In this document: in pieces, positions 17,986-28,375 of the stretch
How the letters are laid out: each line of letters starts with the position of its first letter
Numbering within the stretch: the stretch's first letter is position 1
From: Oscillospiraceae bacterium
Lineage (GTDB): Bacteria; Bacillota; Clostridia; Oscillospirales; JAVBNY01
NCBI GenBank assembly: GCA_031551205.1
Contig: JAVBNY010000001.1
Span: 7,586 to 71,585 of the forward strand
Length of the DNA stretch: 64,000 nucleotides
Direction of reading: 5' to 3'
Translations under genes and position numbers: made by a program
The notes under the pieces: generated by a model
Told to the model about the DNA's origin: nothing
Database searches by the model: none
The model's input: the letters and a program-made list of their open reading frames with translations, nothing else

Positions 17986-18498
17986 ATGAACGCGATTGCG
18001 GCGGTGGACAAAAACCTCGGCATCGGCCTGAGAGGCTCACTGCTCTTCAGGCTGCCGGGGGATATGGCGCACTTTAAGAAGATGACGCTTGGTAAAACGG
18101 TTATCATGGGCAGAAATACGCTTCTGTCTCTTCCGGGCGCGCGTCCGCTCCCCGGGCGCGACAATATTGTGCTTTCGTCAAACCCTGCCTTCCGGGCGGA
18201 GGGCGTGCGCGTTGTACATTCACTTGAGGAGCTTTTTGAGACAGTCCGCCCTTTGAATGGGGACAGCCTTTTTGTCGCGGGCGGCGCGAGGATATACTCA
18301 TCGCTCCTGCCTTACTGCAAAAACGCGTATCTGACAAGGGTTGACGCGTGTTTCGAGGCCGACAGCTTTTTTCCAGACCTTTTTTCGATGCCCTCATGGC
18401 GCCCAGCGGATGAATCCGGCCCATTTGAGCAGTGCGGCGTACGCTATTTTTTCACAAGATACGAAAACAGCAAGGTGCTTTCTACGCCCGCGAGATAA
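17986..18498 (+). CDS. folA: Dihydrofolate reductase
   Basis: MNAIAAVDKNLGIGLRGSLLFRLPGDMAHFKKMTLGKTVIMGRNT. Trimmed to the ATG at 17986. Confidence 0.85.
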   Translation: MNAIAAVDKNLGIGLRGSLLFRLPGDMAHFKKMTLGKTVIMGRNTLLSLPGARPLPGRDNIVLSSNPAFRAEGVRVVHSLEELFETVRPLNGDSLFVAGGARIYSSLLPYCKNAYLTRVDACFEADSFFPDLFSMPSWRPADESGPFEQCGVRYFFTRYENSKVLSTPAR

Positions 18499-18564
18499 AA
18501 CAGCGGCATATTTCTCTCCGGCGCGATATATATATGTAGTGCCCGCCACCGATGCAGAAAACAC

Positions 18565-18593
18565 TTGACACGCGGCCCTCATTTTACTATAAT
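18565..18593 (+). promoter_or_regulatory. Consensus sigma-A promoter upstream of greA
   Basis: TTGACA (18565-18570), 17-nt spacer, TATAAT (18588-18593). Confidence 0.55.
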
Positions 18594-18693
18594 TGTTATT
18601 GGCATCTTTTAGAGAGGTGTGTTTTTTTATATTCATTGCCTTTCAGGCGTGCAAAGTCCATCAATACTTCTTTTCTTTAGAGGAGATTATAAT

Positions 18694-19167
18694 ATGCAGA
18701 AACAGTTTAAACTGACTCAGGAGCGGCTGTGCGAGCTTGAGGAGGAACTCAATTTTCTCAAGACCGTGCGCGAAAAAGAGGTTGCCGAGCAGATCAAAGA
18801 GGCCCGTTCTTTTGGCGATCTGTCTGAAAACTCAGAATACGACGAGGCGAAAAACGAGCAGGGGAAGCTGTTCTCCCGCATTGCGGAAATTGAGAACGTG
18901 CTTATCCATGCGGTTATTATTGACGAGGAATCCGTCAAGACGGACGTTGTCACTCTCGGCTGCAAGGTCAAGATCCTTGAGCTTGCGTCAGGAGCCGAGG
19001 ACGAATACCTTATCGTCGGCTCGCAGGAGGCGAACCCGATGATGGGCCGGGTCTCGGACGAATCGCCCCTGGGGCGCGCGGTGCAGAGCCGCAAAACCGG
19101 AGAAGAGTTTGTTGTAGACGCGCCCTCCGGGCAGACACGCTACAGAGTGGTTCAGATCAGCAAGTAA
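18694..19167 (+). CDS. greA: Transcription elongation factor GreA
   Basis: FGDLSENSEYDEAKNEQ motif. AGGAG RBS. Confidence 0.9.
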   Translation: MQKQFKLTQERLCELEEELNFLKTVREKEVAEQIKEARSFGDLSENSEYDEAKNEQGKLFSRIAEIENVLIHAVIIDEESVKTDVVTLGCKVKILELASGAEDEYLIVGSQEANPMMGRVSDESPLGRAVQSRKTGEEFVVDAPSGQTRYRVVQISK

Positions 19168-19256
19168 AAGCGATTCCCCCGCTTTACGGCGGGGGAATTT
19201 AGTATCCGGTCTTGCGAGCCGGTGATGATACATTTGCGAAATACGGGGGAAAAGAT

Positions 19257-20765
19257 ATGTCGGATGATAGAAACACGCCTTCTCAGGAGCTCACGCAGGC
19301 GGAACTTTCCGAGCTTCTGCAAATCAGGAGAGACAAGCTCACATCACTTTGCGAAGGCGGGCTCGACCCGTTTTTAAAAACTGGATTCAAAAAAGATACG
19401 CTCGCCGAGGACATAAAGGCGCGCTTTGAAGACCTGGAGGGCGCCGAAGTTTCGATCGCCGGGCGCGTGATGTCGAAGCGCGATATGGGAAAGGCCTCGT
19501 TCTGCGACCTGCAGGACGCATCCGGCCGCATCCAGCTGTATGTCCGGCGCGACGCGATCGGCGACGAGGCCTATGCCCTTTTCAAGAAATATGACATCTC
19601 CGACATAATCGGCGTGAAGGGCGAGGTGTTTCGCACTCAAAAGGGCGAGATCTCCGTCAAGGCCGCTAGCGTAGAGCTGCTAGCGAAGTCGCTGCGCCCG
19701 CTGCCGGAGAAATTTCACGGCCTGCGCGACCCCGATCTGCGCTACCGTCAGCGCTATGTCGATCTTATTATGAACCCCGACGTCAAGAAGACATTTGAAA
19801 TTCGGAGCCGGGTCGTCCGCGAGATGAGGCGCTGGCTCGACGACAGGGGCTTCATGGAGGTTGAGACGCCGGTGCTCAACACGATCCCCGGCGGGGCGGC
19901 CGCCAGGCCGTTTGTCACGCACCATAACACGCTCGGCATTGACATGTATCTGAGGATCGCCACCGAGCTTCACCTCAAGAGGCTGATTGTCGGCGGCATG
20001 GAGAAGGTCTATGAGATCGGCCGCATATTCAGGAACGAGGGCATGTCGGTTAAGCACAATCCCGAGTTTACGACAATTGAGCTTTACGAGGCTTACGCCG
20101 ACTATCAGGACATCATGTGTCTGACCGAAAACCTGATAGCTCACATATGCGAGGCCGTGTGCGGCACTACGGAGATCAGTTACGGCGGCGAGGCCGTCAG
20201 CCTCAGGGCGCCATTTGCGCGTATGACTATGGCAGAGGCCGTCAGGAAGTACACCGGCCTTGACTTTATGACGATCACCTCAGACGAGGAGGCGAGAAAG
20301 GCCGTCAAGGATCTCGGCATTCACTTCGACGCCGCCAAAAACCCCACCTGGGGCGAGCTTTTGTATCTCTGCTTTGACGAAAAAGCGGAAAGTGAGCTCG
20401 TGGGGCCCGTGTTTATCACACAGCACCCGATCGAGGTTTCGCCGCTCGCCAAGAAAAACCCGGACGACCCCCGTCTGACCGACAGATTTGAGCTTTTTGT
20501 CACGCGGCGCGAGCTGGCAAACGCGTTTTCCGAGCTGAATGATCCTATCGACCAGAAGGAGCGCTTCATGCGTCAGGCAGAGCTTCGTGCTTTGGGCGAT
20601 GAGGAGGCCTCAATGATGGACGACGACTTCATCTGCGCGCTTGAGTACGGGATGCCGCCGACCGGCGGCCTCGGCATAGGCATCGACAGGCTTGTCATGC
20701 TGCTGACGGACAGCCCCTCGATACGTGATGTACTGCTGTTCCCTACGATGAAGCCGCAGGAATAA
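19257..20765 (+). CDS. lysS: Lysine--tRNA ligase (class II)
   Basis: [24 protein letters not shown] and [15 protein letters not shown] are class II LysRS motifs. The conserved greA-lysS adjacency is present. Confidence 0.95.
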   Translation: MSDDRNTPSQELTQAELSELLQIRRDKLTSLCEGGLDPFLKTGFKKDTLAEDIKARFEDLEGAEVSIAGRVMSKRDMGKASFCDLQDASGRIQLYVRRDAIGDEAYALFKKYDISDIIGVKGEVFRTQKGEISVKAASVELLAKSLRPLPEKFHGLRDPDLRYRQRYVDLIMNPDVKKTFEIRSRVVREMRRWLDDRGFMEVETPVLNTIPGGAAARPFVTHHNTLGIDMYLRIATELHLKRLIVGGMEKVYEIGRIFRNEGMSVKHNPEFTTIELYEAYADYQDIMCLTENLIAHICEAVCGTTEISYGGEAVSLRAPFARMTMAEAVRKYTGLDFMTITSDEEARKAVKDLGIHFDAAKNPTWGELLYLCFDEKAESELVGPVFITQHPIEVSPLAKKNPDDPRLTDRFELFVTRRELANAFSELNDPIDQKERFMRQAELRALGDEEASMMDDDFICALEYGMPPTGGLGIGIDRLVMLLTDSPSIRDVLLFPTMKPQE

Positions 20766-20799
20766 TACACTCCCGCCTCTGACAATTTTCAAATTTTAG

Positions 20800-20840
20800 G
20801 CAAGTGCGTCCGCAAAAAAGCGGACGCACTTGCTGTTTTT
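20800..20840 (+). terminator. Rho-independent terminator of lysS
   Basis: gcaagtgcgtccgc-aaaaaa-gcggacgcacttgc forms a perfect 14-bp stem, followed by tgttttt. Confidence 0.75.
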
Positions 20841-21143
20841 AAGGTTTTTTTGCTTTGGGATATATGATTATTGAGTTTACATAATCTCCAAGACACTTAA
20901 CCGTTTTAATGACTTTCGGCTATTTATTTTGTCAATACTACCTCATAACCACCCCGCATTATGCCCGTTTCACCGCATTATATTAACAAACTACCTATTA
21001 TTAGTATATAAAACTACCTACTTGGGTAGTAGCTTTTTCATATAAACTGGTCTAGTATTGTAAACATAAAACAACACAGCACACGAAAAAAACTTCACAC
21101 ATGAAAAACAACATAAAATACTAAATGACAGGAGATGCACACA

Positions 21144-21617
21144 ATGAGAATAACACAGGAAGCTGACAACGCCATCCGCATTATTTATTGTCTTGCGAAG
21201 CATCAGAGAAAGCAGGGCGCAAAAGAAATATCTGAGAACACGTCGGTAACGCTCAGATTTACCCTTAAAATTCTAAGGAAGCTTATCGGCGCGGGTTTCG
21301 TAATGTCCTTTAAGGGCATGAAAGGCGGCTATATTCTAAAAAAAGCGCCTGTTGACATCTCTGTCGGAGAGGTGGTTGAGGCGATTGACGGGCCGATCAG
21401 CATTGTTAAATGTCTTAACGGCAGCTGTGAAGAGCCCTGTGCCGAAGATAGGTCAACATGCCCAATCTACAGATACGCACTGGAGCTTAACGAAACCATA
21501 CGCAGTATGATGTGCTCCGAGACATTTCTTTCTCTGCTCGAGAACGAGAAAAGTGAGTGCTCATATAATTTTAATCAGGCCAGGGCATATTCCGCGCCTA
21601 AGATTCTCCATATGTGA
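21144..21617 (+). CDS. Rrf2-family transcriptional regulator with a Cys cluster (probable Fe-S sensor)
   Basis: MRITQEADNAIRIIYCLAK is an Rrf2 wHTH. The Cys cluster is KCLNGSCEEPCAEDRSTCP. AGGAG lies 9 nt upstream of the ATG at 21144. Confidence 0.8.
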   Translation: MRITQEADNAIRIIYCLAKHQRKQGAKEISENTSVTLRFTLKILRKLIGAGFVMSFKGMKGGYILKKAPVDISVGEVVEAIDGPISIVKCLNGSCEEPCAEDRSTCPIYRYALELNETIRSMMCSETFLSLLENEKSECSYNFNQARAYSAPKILHM

Positions 21618-21967
21618 GTTTTTCAAAGATCCCGTAGCGATTCGAAGGGTGAGACCTCAAAGAAAGAGTGCAGGCAGATAGCAGGGCAGATAGATCGACT
21701 GATACATATAAGCAAAAAGCTAACGCTCAGGCGACAGGGCCCCGGCAAAAGCCGGGGCCCTCGGCTGTCTGCGCGTCATACAAACGAAAGGCCCGCACAA
21801 GCCGGATACAAAGGTTTACCGGCTCAGTACGAGCGTCTTAGCTAATTGCGCTTATGCGATTGAACCGCCGTATACCGGACGGTATTCACAATGGTTTGCG
21901 AGGTTGGCTGCGCAATTAATGAACAGGCTCCCCCCATTTTAATCTATACTCCTAAGAGAGGCCTGTG

Positions 21968-22801
21968 TTACTTCCCGGTCTGCGCTCCTATCCAGCGGCA
22001 GATGCCTCGGAGCACGTCGTCGCGCCCGGCCTCGAGCATCGTGTCGTGGCCGAATCCCTCCCATTCGCGATATTTGCAGTCAGGGCAGGCCTTTGCAAAC
22101 TCTCTGCTGCCCTCTACCGAGCAGACCCTGTCCAGCGTGCCGTGAAAAAGGTATACCGGAGGCAAGCGCCTTTGCGCGGCGCCGAGTATCTCACCCGCCG
22201 CTTTAAAGCAGTCGCTTGCAGTCTGCGGCGTGATAAGCAGGTGCATCAGAGGGTCCCTTTTCGCCGTTTCAGACACCTCTCTGTTCTTTGACAGCGCCTC
22301 GGCTGTGAGTCCGCTGTCCATCGCGCGCGACGGGAACAAAAGCGCACCGACATTGAGCAGAAACGCCTGCACCAGCGTCGTTTTTTTCTGAAGCTTGAGC
22401 CACGGCGAGGATATTATGTAACCCTTTATATCCATGTCGGTATTAAGGAGCCTGTAGGACAGCGCAAGGTTCCCGCCCATTGAGTGCCCCATCACAAAGA
22501 CCGGCGCGCTTGAGGCCCTTCTCGCTTGGGCGTACAGCGCGTCGATTATACTGAAAACGCCCTGGCGCGGGCCGATATGCCCCCTGATGCCAGACGATTT
22601 CCCATGCCCGGGAAGGTCCGCGCCGTATATGGCCACGCCTTCCCTAAAAAAGTAATCCGAAACGTACTCATATCTTCCGAAATGCTCTCCAATGCCGTGA
22701 ACAAAACAGATCGACGCGCGTGGGTTCTCCGGCACGGAACGCTTGGCCTCATACTCCACGCCGCCAACCTCAAAATCAAACCGTTTCAGCATATCGCTCA
22801 C
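21968..22801 (-). CDS. Alpha/beta hydrolase (lysophospholipase/monoacylglycerol lipase-like)
   Basis: HGIGEH and the nucleophile elbow GHSMGG. The start overlaps the upstream gene stop (ATGA). Confidence 0.8.
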   Translation of the reverse strand: MSDMLKRFDFEVGGVEYEAKRSVPENPRASICFVHGIGEHFGRYEYVSDYFFREGVAIYGADLPGHGKSSGIRGHIGPRQGVFSIIDALYAQARRASSAPVFVMGHSMGGNLALSYRLLNTDMDIKGYIISSPWLKLQKKTTLVQAFLLNVGALLFPSRAMDSGLTAEALSKNREVSETAKRDPLMHLLITPQTASDCFKAAGEILGAAQRRLPPVYLFHGTLDRVCSVEGSREFAKACPDCKYREWEGFGHDTMLEAGRDDVLRGICRWIGAQTGK

Positions 22802-24069
22802 TCCTGTGCTCCGCCCTGCGGACGGGAGCTCTCAAGAATCTCAGACGCGGCGAGAAGAACGCCCTCCTTGCCGGACTCAAATGTCAGGCCCCCCTGCATA
22901 TAGGCCGTGTATGGCTCGCGCATCGGCGCGTCACAGCTGAGCTCGATCGACGCGCCCTGGATAAACGCCCCGGCGGCCATGATTACATCGCAGTCGTACC
23001 CGGGCATACGCCACGGCTCGGGCGTGACAAACGAATCCACCGGCGCGCCGCTTTGTATCCCCCGGCAAAAGGCGGCGACCGCCTCCGGGCTGCCAAACCT
23101 TATCGACTGAATGATATCGTACCTTTTTTCATCCCATTTTGGGCTGGCCTCAAAGCCCAGAAGCTCCATCAGCCTCGCGCAGAACACCGCCGTTTTAAGC
23201 GCCTGCGCGACGGTGTGCGGCGCCATGAACAGGCCCTGATACAAAAGCCGCGACTGCCCCAGCGTCGGCCCGCATTCACGCCCGATCCCAGGCACGTTTA
23301 GCCGATGCGACGCGCGCTCCACAAGCTCGCGCCTCCCCGCGACGTAGCCCCCCGTCGGCGCGAGCCCACCGCCCGGGTTTTTGATCAGCGAGCCGGCGCA
23401 GATATCCGCCAGCCCCTCACAGACAGGCTCTCTTTCCTCAACAAACTCCCCGTAGCAGTTGTCGACGATTATCGCGGCGCCCGGGTTTACCGCGCGGACG
23501 GCCCGGCATATCTCCGCGATGCCTGAAACCGACAGCGCCGGACGCTGTGAGTATCCCCTTGAGCGCTGTATGAGCACGGCGCCTATGTCCTTTGCCGACG
23601 CGGCGGCCTCAATTGCGGAGATATCCGGGCTTCCGTCAGACAGCGCCGCAACCTCCGCGTAGCCAATGCCGTAAAACGCGAGGCTGCCGTGCGGAGGCGG
23701 CCCCTTCGAACCGATCACGCCCTCAAGCGTGTCATACGGCGCTCCGACACAGGACAAAAGCCGCTGCCCCGGGCGCAGGCAGGCGAAAAGCGCGCAGGCG
23801 ATCGCGTGAGTACCGTTCACAAAGCCGATCCGCACCAGCGCGTCCTCGCAGCCGAACACCGATGCGAAAACGCCGTCGAGCGCGTCGCGCCCGCGGTCGT
23901 CATAGCCGTATCCGGTCGTACCGGCAAAAAAGGTATCCGACACGCGAGCACGGCGGAAAGCGGCAAGCACACGCGAGGTATTTTCAGTGGATACGCGGTC
24001 AATTTTTTGAAAAACTCCCGAAATGTCGCTCTCAGCTTTTTGGGAAAGCCTCAAAAGCATATCGTCCAT
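22798..24069 (-). CDS. YnbB/'aluminium resistance' family PLP-dependent enzyme (Met gamma-lyase fold)
   Basis: TGYGYDDRGRDALDGVFASVFGCEDALVR and SLIKNPGGGLAPTGGY are typical of this family. ATG at 24069, or GTG at 24075. Confidence 0.7.
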   Translation of the reverse strand: MDDMLLRLSQKAESDISGVFQKIDRVSTENTSRVLAAFRRARVSDTFFAGTTGYGYDDRGRDALDGVFASVFGCEDALVRIGFVNGTHAIACALFACLRPGQRLLSCVGAPYDTLEGVIGSKGPPPHGSLAFYGIGYAEVAALSDGSPDISAIEAAASAKDIGAVLIQRSRGYSQRPALSVSGIAEICRAVRAVNPGAAIIVDNCYGEFVEEREPVCEGLADICAGSLIKNPGGGLAPTGGYVAGRRELVERASHRLNVPGIGRECGPTLGQSRLLYQGLFMAPHTVAQALKTAVFCARLMELLGFEASPKWDEKRYDIIQSIRFGSPEAVAAFCRGIQSGAPVDSFVTPEPWRMPGYDCDVIMAAGAFIQGASIELSCDAPMREPYTAYMQGGLTFESGKEGVLLAASEILESSRPQGGAQE

Positions 24070-24126
24070 TTGCACCCCCGCAAACGCTGTATGGGGGCCG
24101 GAACAATAATTCCGACCCCCCCGGCG

Positions 24127-24555
24127 TTAAATCGTATACACTTCTTCCGGTGTGAGAAGCTTGACCCCGGCTTTCCGGAGAATCTCCACCGCGGCCGCGT
24201 TATCCTCAACTCGGATGATCACAAACGCGCCCTCGGCCTTCCTCGTGATGAACGCGTATGCGTACTCGACGCTGATGCCCTTTTCGTTCAGCGCGCTGAG
24301 TATGCCGTAGAGCCCGCCCGGCCTGTCCTCGATACCGACCGCGATGACATCCGTCGTCGTGACCGTGAGCCCCTCGCTGCGGAGGGCCTCGAGCGCAAGA
24401 TCGGGGTTGTCGGCGATCATGCGGAGGATGCCGAAGTCGGTCGTATCGGCGATTGAGAGTGCGCGGATGTCCACGTTCTTTTCCTTCAGTACCTTTGTGA
24501 TCTCGGCCAGCCTTCCCGGTTTGTTCTCCACAAACACGGATATCTGCTTTATCAT
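24127..24555 (-). CDS. Tandem ACT-domain protein
   Basis: MIKQISVFVENKPGRLAEITKVL plus a second ACT unit, IAVGIEDRPGGLYGILSAL. Confidence 0.8.
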   Translation of the reverse strand: MIKQISVFVENKPGRLAEITKVLKEKNVDIRALSIADTTDFGILRMIADNPDLALEALRSEGLTVTTTDVIAVGIEDRPGGLYGILSALNEKGISVEYAYAFITRKAEGAFVIIRVEDNAAAVEILRKAGVKLLTPEEVYTI

Positions 24556-24595
24556 TTAAAATGCCCCCTTACATCAAAATATGTCGCCTTTATTG

Positions 24596-25900
24596 TCAGC
24601 TGTAAAGCTTTCTGTTGTCGATGACCCTGACGGCCTTGCCTTCGCTCCTCGCAATGGTCTTCGGCCCGACGAGCCTGACCCTTGCCGAGATCCCGAGCGT
24701 TGAGTCGATGTCCTTCTTGATCCTTCGTTCGATCTCCTCAAGCCGCCTGACCTCGTCTGAAAAATACTCCTGCCTGAGCTCGACCTGCACCTCAAGCGTA
24801 TCGAGGCTGCCCTCCCTGTTGACAATCAGCATGTAGTAAGGCGCGACCTCGACGATGTCGAGAAGCACGCTTTCCACCTGCGACGGGAACACGTTGACCC
24901 CGCGGATAATCAGCATGTCGTCGGCGCGGCCCTGCGGCTTGCTCATCCGGCAGAGCGTCCTCCCGCAGGCGCATTTTTCATGGCTGAGCGTTGAGATGTC
25001 CCTTGTGCGGTAGCGTATAAGAGGCATTGCCTCCTTCGTGACGCATGTGAACACGAGCTCGCCGGGCACCCCGTCGGGCAAGGGCTCGCCGGTGTTCGGG
25101 TCGATTATCTCGGGGATGAAGTGATCCTCGTTCACATGCAGGCCGCACTGGCACTCGCACTCGTTTGAAACGCCCGGCCCCGTGATCTCCGAAAGCCCGT
25201 AGATATCATAAGCCTTGATGCCCAAGCCGCGCTCGATCTCCTCGCGCATGCTCTCAGTCCACGGCTCCGCGCCGAAGATACCTCTCTTCAGTGAGATGTC
25301 CGCAGGCGTGAGCCCCTCTTCCTTCAGCGCTTCCGCGAGGTATATCGCGTAAGACGGCGTACACATCAGCACCGTCGAGCCGAAGTCGCGCATGATCTGG
25401 AGCTGGCGCTTTGTATTGCCTGAGGAAACGGGTATCGTCGCCGCGCCGAGAAGCTCTCCGCCGTAATGCGCGCCGAGCCCGCCGGTGAACAGCCCATATC
25501 CGTAAGAAACGTGAATTACATCGCTTTTGGTGCTTCCCGTCCAGGTGAGGCATCTGGCCATGCTCTCGCTCCAGATGTCAATATCGCTCTGAGTATAGCC
25601 GACGACGGTTTGCTTGCCCGTGGTGCCCGACGACGCGTGAATCCTGACAACCTGGTCCATCGGGACGGCGAACATGCCGAAGGGGTACGCGTCGCGCAGG
25701 TCTGTTTTGAGTGTGAACGGCAGCTTTGAAAGGTCGGAAACGGTCTTTATGTCGTCCGGCGAAATGCCCGCCTCATCCATCTTCGCGCGGTAAAGCGGGA
25801 CGTTATCGTAGGCTCTTTTTACAGCCAACTTGAGCCTTTCTCCCTGCAGCGCCTCCATCTCCGGGCGCGGCATGGTCTCTATTTTTTCGTTCCAGAGCAT
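24596..25900 (-). CDS. paaK: Phenylacetate--CoA ligase family enzyme (copy 1)
   Basis: [17 protein letters not shown] (AMP-binding P-loop), [15 protein letters not shown]. Confidence 0.9.
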   Translation of the reverse strand: MLWNEKIETMPRPEMEALQGERLKLAVKRAYDNVPLYRAKMDEAGISPDDIKTVSDLSKLPFTLKTDLRDAYPFGMFAVPMDQVVRIHASSGTTGKQTVVGYTQSDIDIWSESMARCLTWTGSTKSDVIHVSYGYGLFTGGLGAHYGGELLGAATIPVSSGNTKRQLQIMRDFGSTVLMCTPSYAIYLAEALKEEGLTPADISLKRGIFGAEPWTESMREEIERGLGIKAYDIYGLSEITGPGVSNECECQCGLHVNEDHFIPEIIDPNTGEPLPDGVPGELVFTCVTKEAMPLIRYRTRDISTLSHEKCACGRTLCRMSKPQGRADDMLIIRGVNVFPSQVESVLLDIVEVAPYYMLIVNREGSLDTLEVQVELRQEYFSDEVRRLEEIERRIKKDIDSTLGISARVRLVGPKTIARSEGKAVRVIDNRKLYS

Positions 25901-25915
25901 AATCTGGGTCCTCCA

Positions 25916-26506
25916 TTAAGTATTATCTTGTTTCATAGCCGTATCTCTGCCTGAATTAAAGGCCTTTATGTTCATATCGAGAAACCGCTCAGGCACACAG
26001 GCGCGCAGCGCCTCGTCCCATTCCGATTCGGAGAAGGGAAGCTGGAGCGACGCCGCCCCGAGCATTACAATGTTCACTGCCTTCGCGCTTCCCGCGGCCT
26101 CCGCCTGCGGAAGCGCGTTGAAGACCAGCGCGTCGGGAAAGCTCTTTTTGACTGACTCCTCTATCCCGTCGGGATACACGGCCGCGCCCGTTATAACCGG
26201 CATAGGGGCGATCCTCTGAGTGTTTAGGACGCATTTGCCGTCATTTTTCAGGTAGTGTGTCCAACGTAGGCCTTCAAGCTCTTCAAAGGCAATGAGCAGG
26301 TCGGCCTCACCGGGCGTTATCAGCGGGGAGGCGACGTTCTCCCCAGCCCTTACATAGGTCACGACGCTTCCTCCGCGCTGCGACATGCCGTGAACCTCGC
26401 TGACCTTGACGTCAAGGCCACGCCCGGTATAGATATGACCGAGGATGCGAGAGGCGAGCAGCGTGCCCTGTCCTCCGACGCCGGCAATAAGAATATTACA
26501 GTTCAC
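25916..26506 (-). CDS. iorB: Indolepyruvate ferredoxin oxidoreductase, beta subunit
   Basis: VNCNILIAGVGGQGTLLASRILG. GTG start at 26506 overlaps the iorA stop (GTGA). The upstream part of the track ORF was discarded. Confidence 0.85.
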   Translation of the reverse strand: MNCNILIAGVGGQGTLLASRILGHIYTGRGLDVKVSEVHGMSQRGGSVVTYVRAGENVASPLITPGEADLLIAFEELEGLRWTHYLKNDGKCVLNTQRIAPMPVITGAAVYPDGIEESVKKSFPDALVFNALPQAEAAGSAKAVNIVMLGAASLQLPFSESEWDEALRACVPERFLDMNIKAFNSGRDTAMKQDNT

Positions 26507-28242
26507 TGTGCCACCTCCTCGCCGATGATCGCGCCGAATCGGCACATCTTCGCGCAAAGGCCACACCCGACGCAGATCGACGCGTCGATATCCGCGCCGC
26601 TCTCCGTCATCCTGACGGCGGGGCAGCCGATCCTCATACAGGCCTTGCATTTCGTGCATTTTTCGCTGATCACGGCGAACGGCTCTCCCTTTTTAACGTG
26701 CTTCAAAAGCACGCAGGGGCGTTTCGCGATAATAACCGAGGGCTCCTCGGCCGCGAGCTCCTCGCGCAGCGCCTTCTCAAACCCCGCCATGTCGTGCGGA
26801 TCGACAGTCCTGACGCGCCCAACGCCGACAGCTTTGCACAGCCCCTCAAGGTCAAGCCTGTGGGCGGGCAGATTTTTCAGCGTGAGCCCCGTAGTCGGGT
26901 TCTGCTGGTGCCCCGTCATGCCGGTGATCGAGTTGTCCAGGATCAAAACCGTTGAGGGGGAGTTGTTGTAAACAATATCGATGAGCCCGGTGATACCGGA
27001 GTGAATAAACGTCGAGTCGCCGATCACTGCGACGCGCTTCTTGGCTCCGTCAGGATCCGTGCGGTTCATCCCGTGGAGCATCGAGATCGACGCGCCCATG
27101 CACACCGTCGTGTCCAGCGCCGTGAGCGGCGCGACGGCGCCGAGCGTGTAGCACCCTATGTCGCCCGACACCATGATCTTAAGTCTTGAAAGCACGCTGA
27201 AAAGCCCTCTGTGCGGACATCCGGGACACAGCACGGGCGGACGTGCGGGAGCGTCAAAGGCAACTGCCTCCGGAAGCGGAGCTCCGAGCAGCCTGCTTCT
27301 GATAATCTCGGGGGAATACTCTCCGAGCAAGGAAAACAGTGCCTTTCCCTCGCAGTTTACACCCAGAGCGCGGCAGTGCTCCTCAATGAACGGATCAAGC
27401 TCCTCGATGACATAGAGTTTTTCAACCCCGGCGGCAAATTCACGGATCAGTGCGTCCGGCAGCGGGTAGATCATGCCGAGCTTAAGGTATGACGCGTCGT
27501 CGCCCAGAGCTTCACGCGCGTACTCATATGCGATGCCGGCTGAGATTATGCCTATATTCCGGTCTCCCCAGATTATCCTGTTAAGCCCGGCCTTCTCCGA
27601 CAGCTCCTTCAGGCTGAGCATCCTCTTTTCGACGACGACATGCCTGCCGCGCGCGCTCGAGGGCATCATAACGTATTTCGCTGCGTCTTTTTTATATTCC
27701 CTGCGCGGCGCATCTTCTCGCTCACCTAAGGATACAAGGCCCTGCGAGTGTGACACGCGCGTCGAAAGCCTGAGCATAAACGGCGTGTCATACTCCTCCG
27801 AAAGCTCGAAAGCCAGCCTCGTAAAGTCCAGGCACTCCTGTGAGTCGCTGGGCTCGAGCATCGGCAGCTTTGAAGCGCGCGCGTAATGGCGGCTGTCCAG
27901 CTCGTTCTGCGACGAATGCATGCCCATATCGTCGGCCACGGCGACAACCAGCCCGGCGTTCACTCCCGTGTATGACGCGGTGAAGAGCGGGTCGGCCGCG
28001 ACGTTCAGGCCGACATGCTTCATGCCTGAAAACGCCCTCCCGCCCATAACGGACGCGCCGAGCGCCGCTTCAAGGGCCACCTTCTCATTTGGGGCCCATT
28101 CAGCGTACATTTCGTCATATTCGGCGGCGCACTCGGTTATCTCGGTGCTCGGCGTGCCGGGATAGCTTGAAACAAACGCGCAGCCCGCCTCCCATAGGCC
28201 CCGGGCAACCGCGCCGTTCCCAATCATAAGCTTCTTCTTCAT
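26503..28242 (-). CDS. iorA: Indolepyruvate ferredoxin oxidoreductase, alpha subunit (TPP and 2x[4Fe-4S])
   Basis: GDSTFIHSGITGL (TPP motif). C-terminal CTKCKACMRIGCP and CVGCGLCAKMC. Confidence 0.9.
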   Translation of the reverse strand: MKKKLMIGNGAVARGLWEAGCAFVSSYPGTPSTEITECAAEYDEMYAEWAPNEKVALEAALGASVMGGRAFSGMKHVGLNVAADPLFTASYTGVNAGLVVAVADDMGMHSSQNELDSRHYARASKLPMLEPSDSQECLDFTRLAFELSEEYDTPFMLRLSTRVSHSQGLVSLGEREDAPRREYKKDAAKYVMMPSSARGRHVVVEKRMLSLKELSEKAGLNRIIWGDRNIGIISAGIAYEYAREALGDDASYLKLGMIYPLPDALIREFAAGVEKLYVIEELDPFIEEHCRALGVNCEGKALFSLLGEYSPEIIRSRLLGAPLPEAVAFDAPARPPVLCPGCPHRGLFSVLSRLKIMVSGDIGCYTLGAVAPLTALDTTVCMGASISMLHGMNRTDPDGAKKRVAVIGDSTFIHSGITGLIDIVYNNSPSTVLILDNSITGMTGHQQNPTTGLTLKNLPAHRLDLEGLCKAVGVGRVRTVDPHDMAGFEKALREELAAEEPSVIIAKRPCVLLKHVKKGEPFAVISEKCTKCKACMRIGCPAVRMTESGADIDASICVGCGLCAKMCRFGAIIGEEVAQ

Positions 28243-28375
28243 ATTCCCTCCAAAATCAGGATATATTGCGCCGGGATAAGCTCGTTATCCGATATCCCAA
28301 AGGCGCAAATCCGCAGGAAAGGATGCGGCAATGCGTTTGGCTGCCACTTATTCCACCTTCTTTCAGGTAATCTCT

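Noticed and set aside
21618-21967. Possible tmRNA, SRP RNA or 6S RNA in the structured intergenic region
   Set aside because: I found no tRNA-like 3' end with CCA, no tag-peptide reading frame ending in ..ALAA-stop, and no SRP domain-IV motif. I cannot assign it to a known RNA family by eye.
23592-24456. Two overlapping plus-strand ORFs (187 and 255 aa) across the YnbB-like and ACT genes
   Set aside because: Extremely Arg/Pro/Ala-rich and antisense to two well-supported genes, including across their intergenic gap. There is no start context.
26507-26659. Upstream extension of the iorB ORF
   Set aside because: It overlaps the iorA 3' end in another frame. The conserved N-terminus NILIAGVGGQG begins right after a GTG that forms a GTGA stop/start overlap with iorA.
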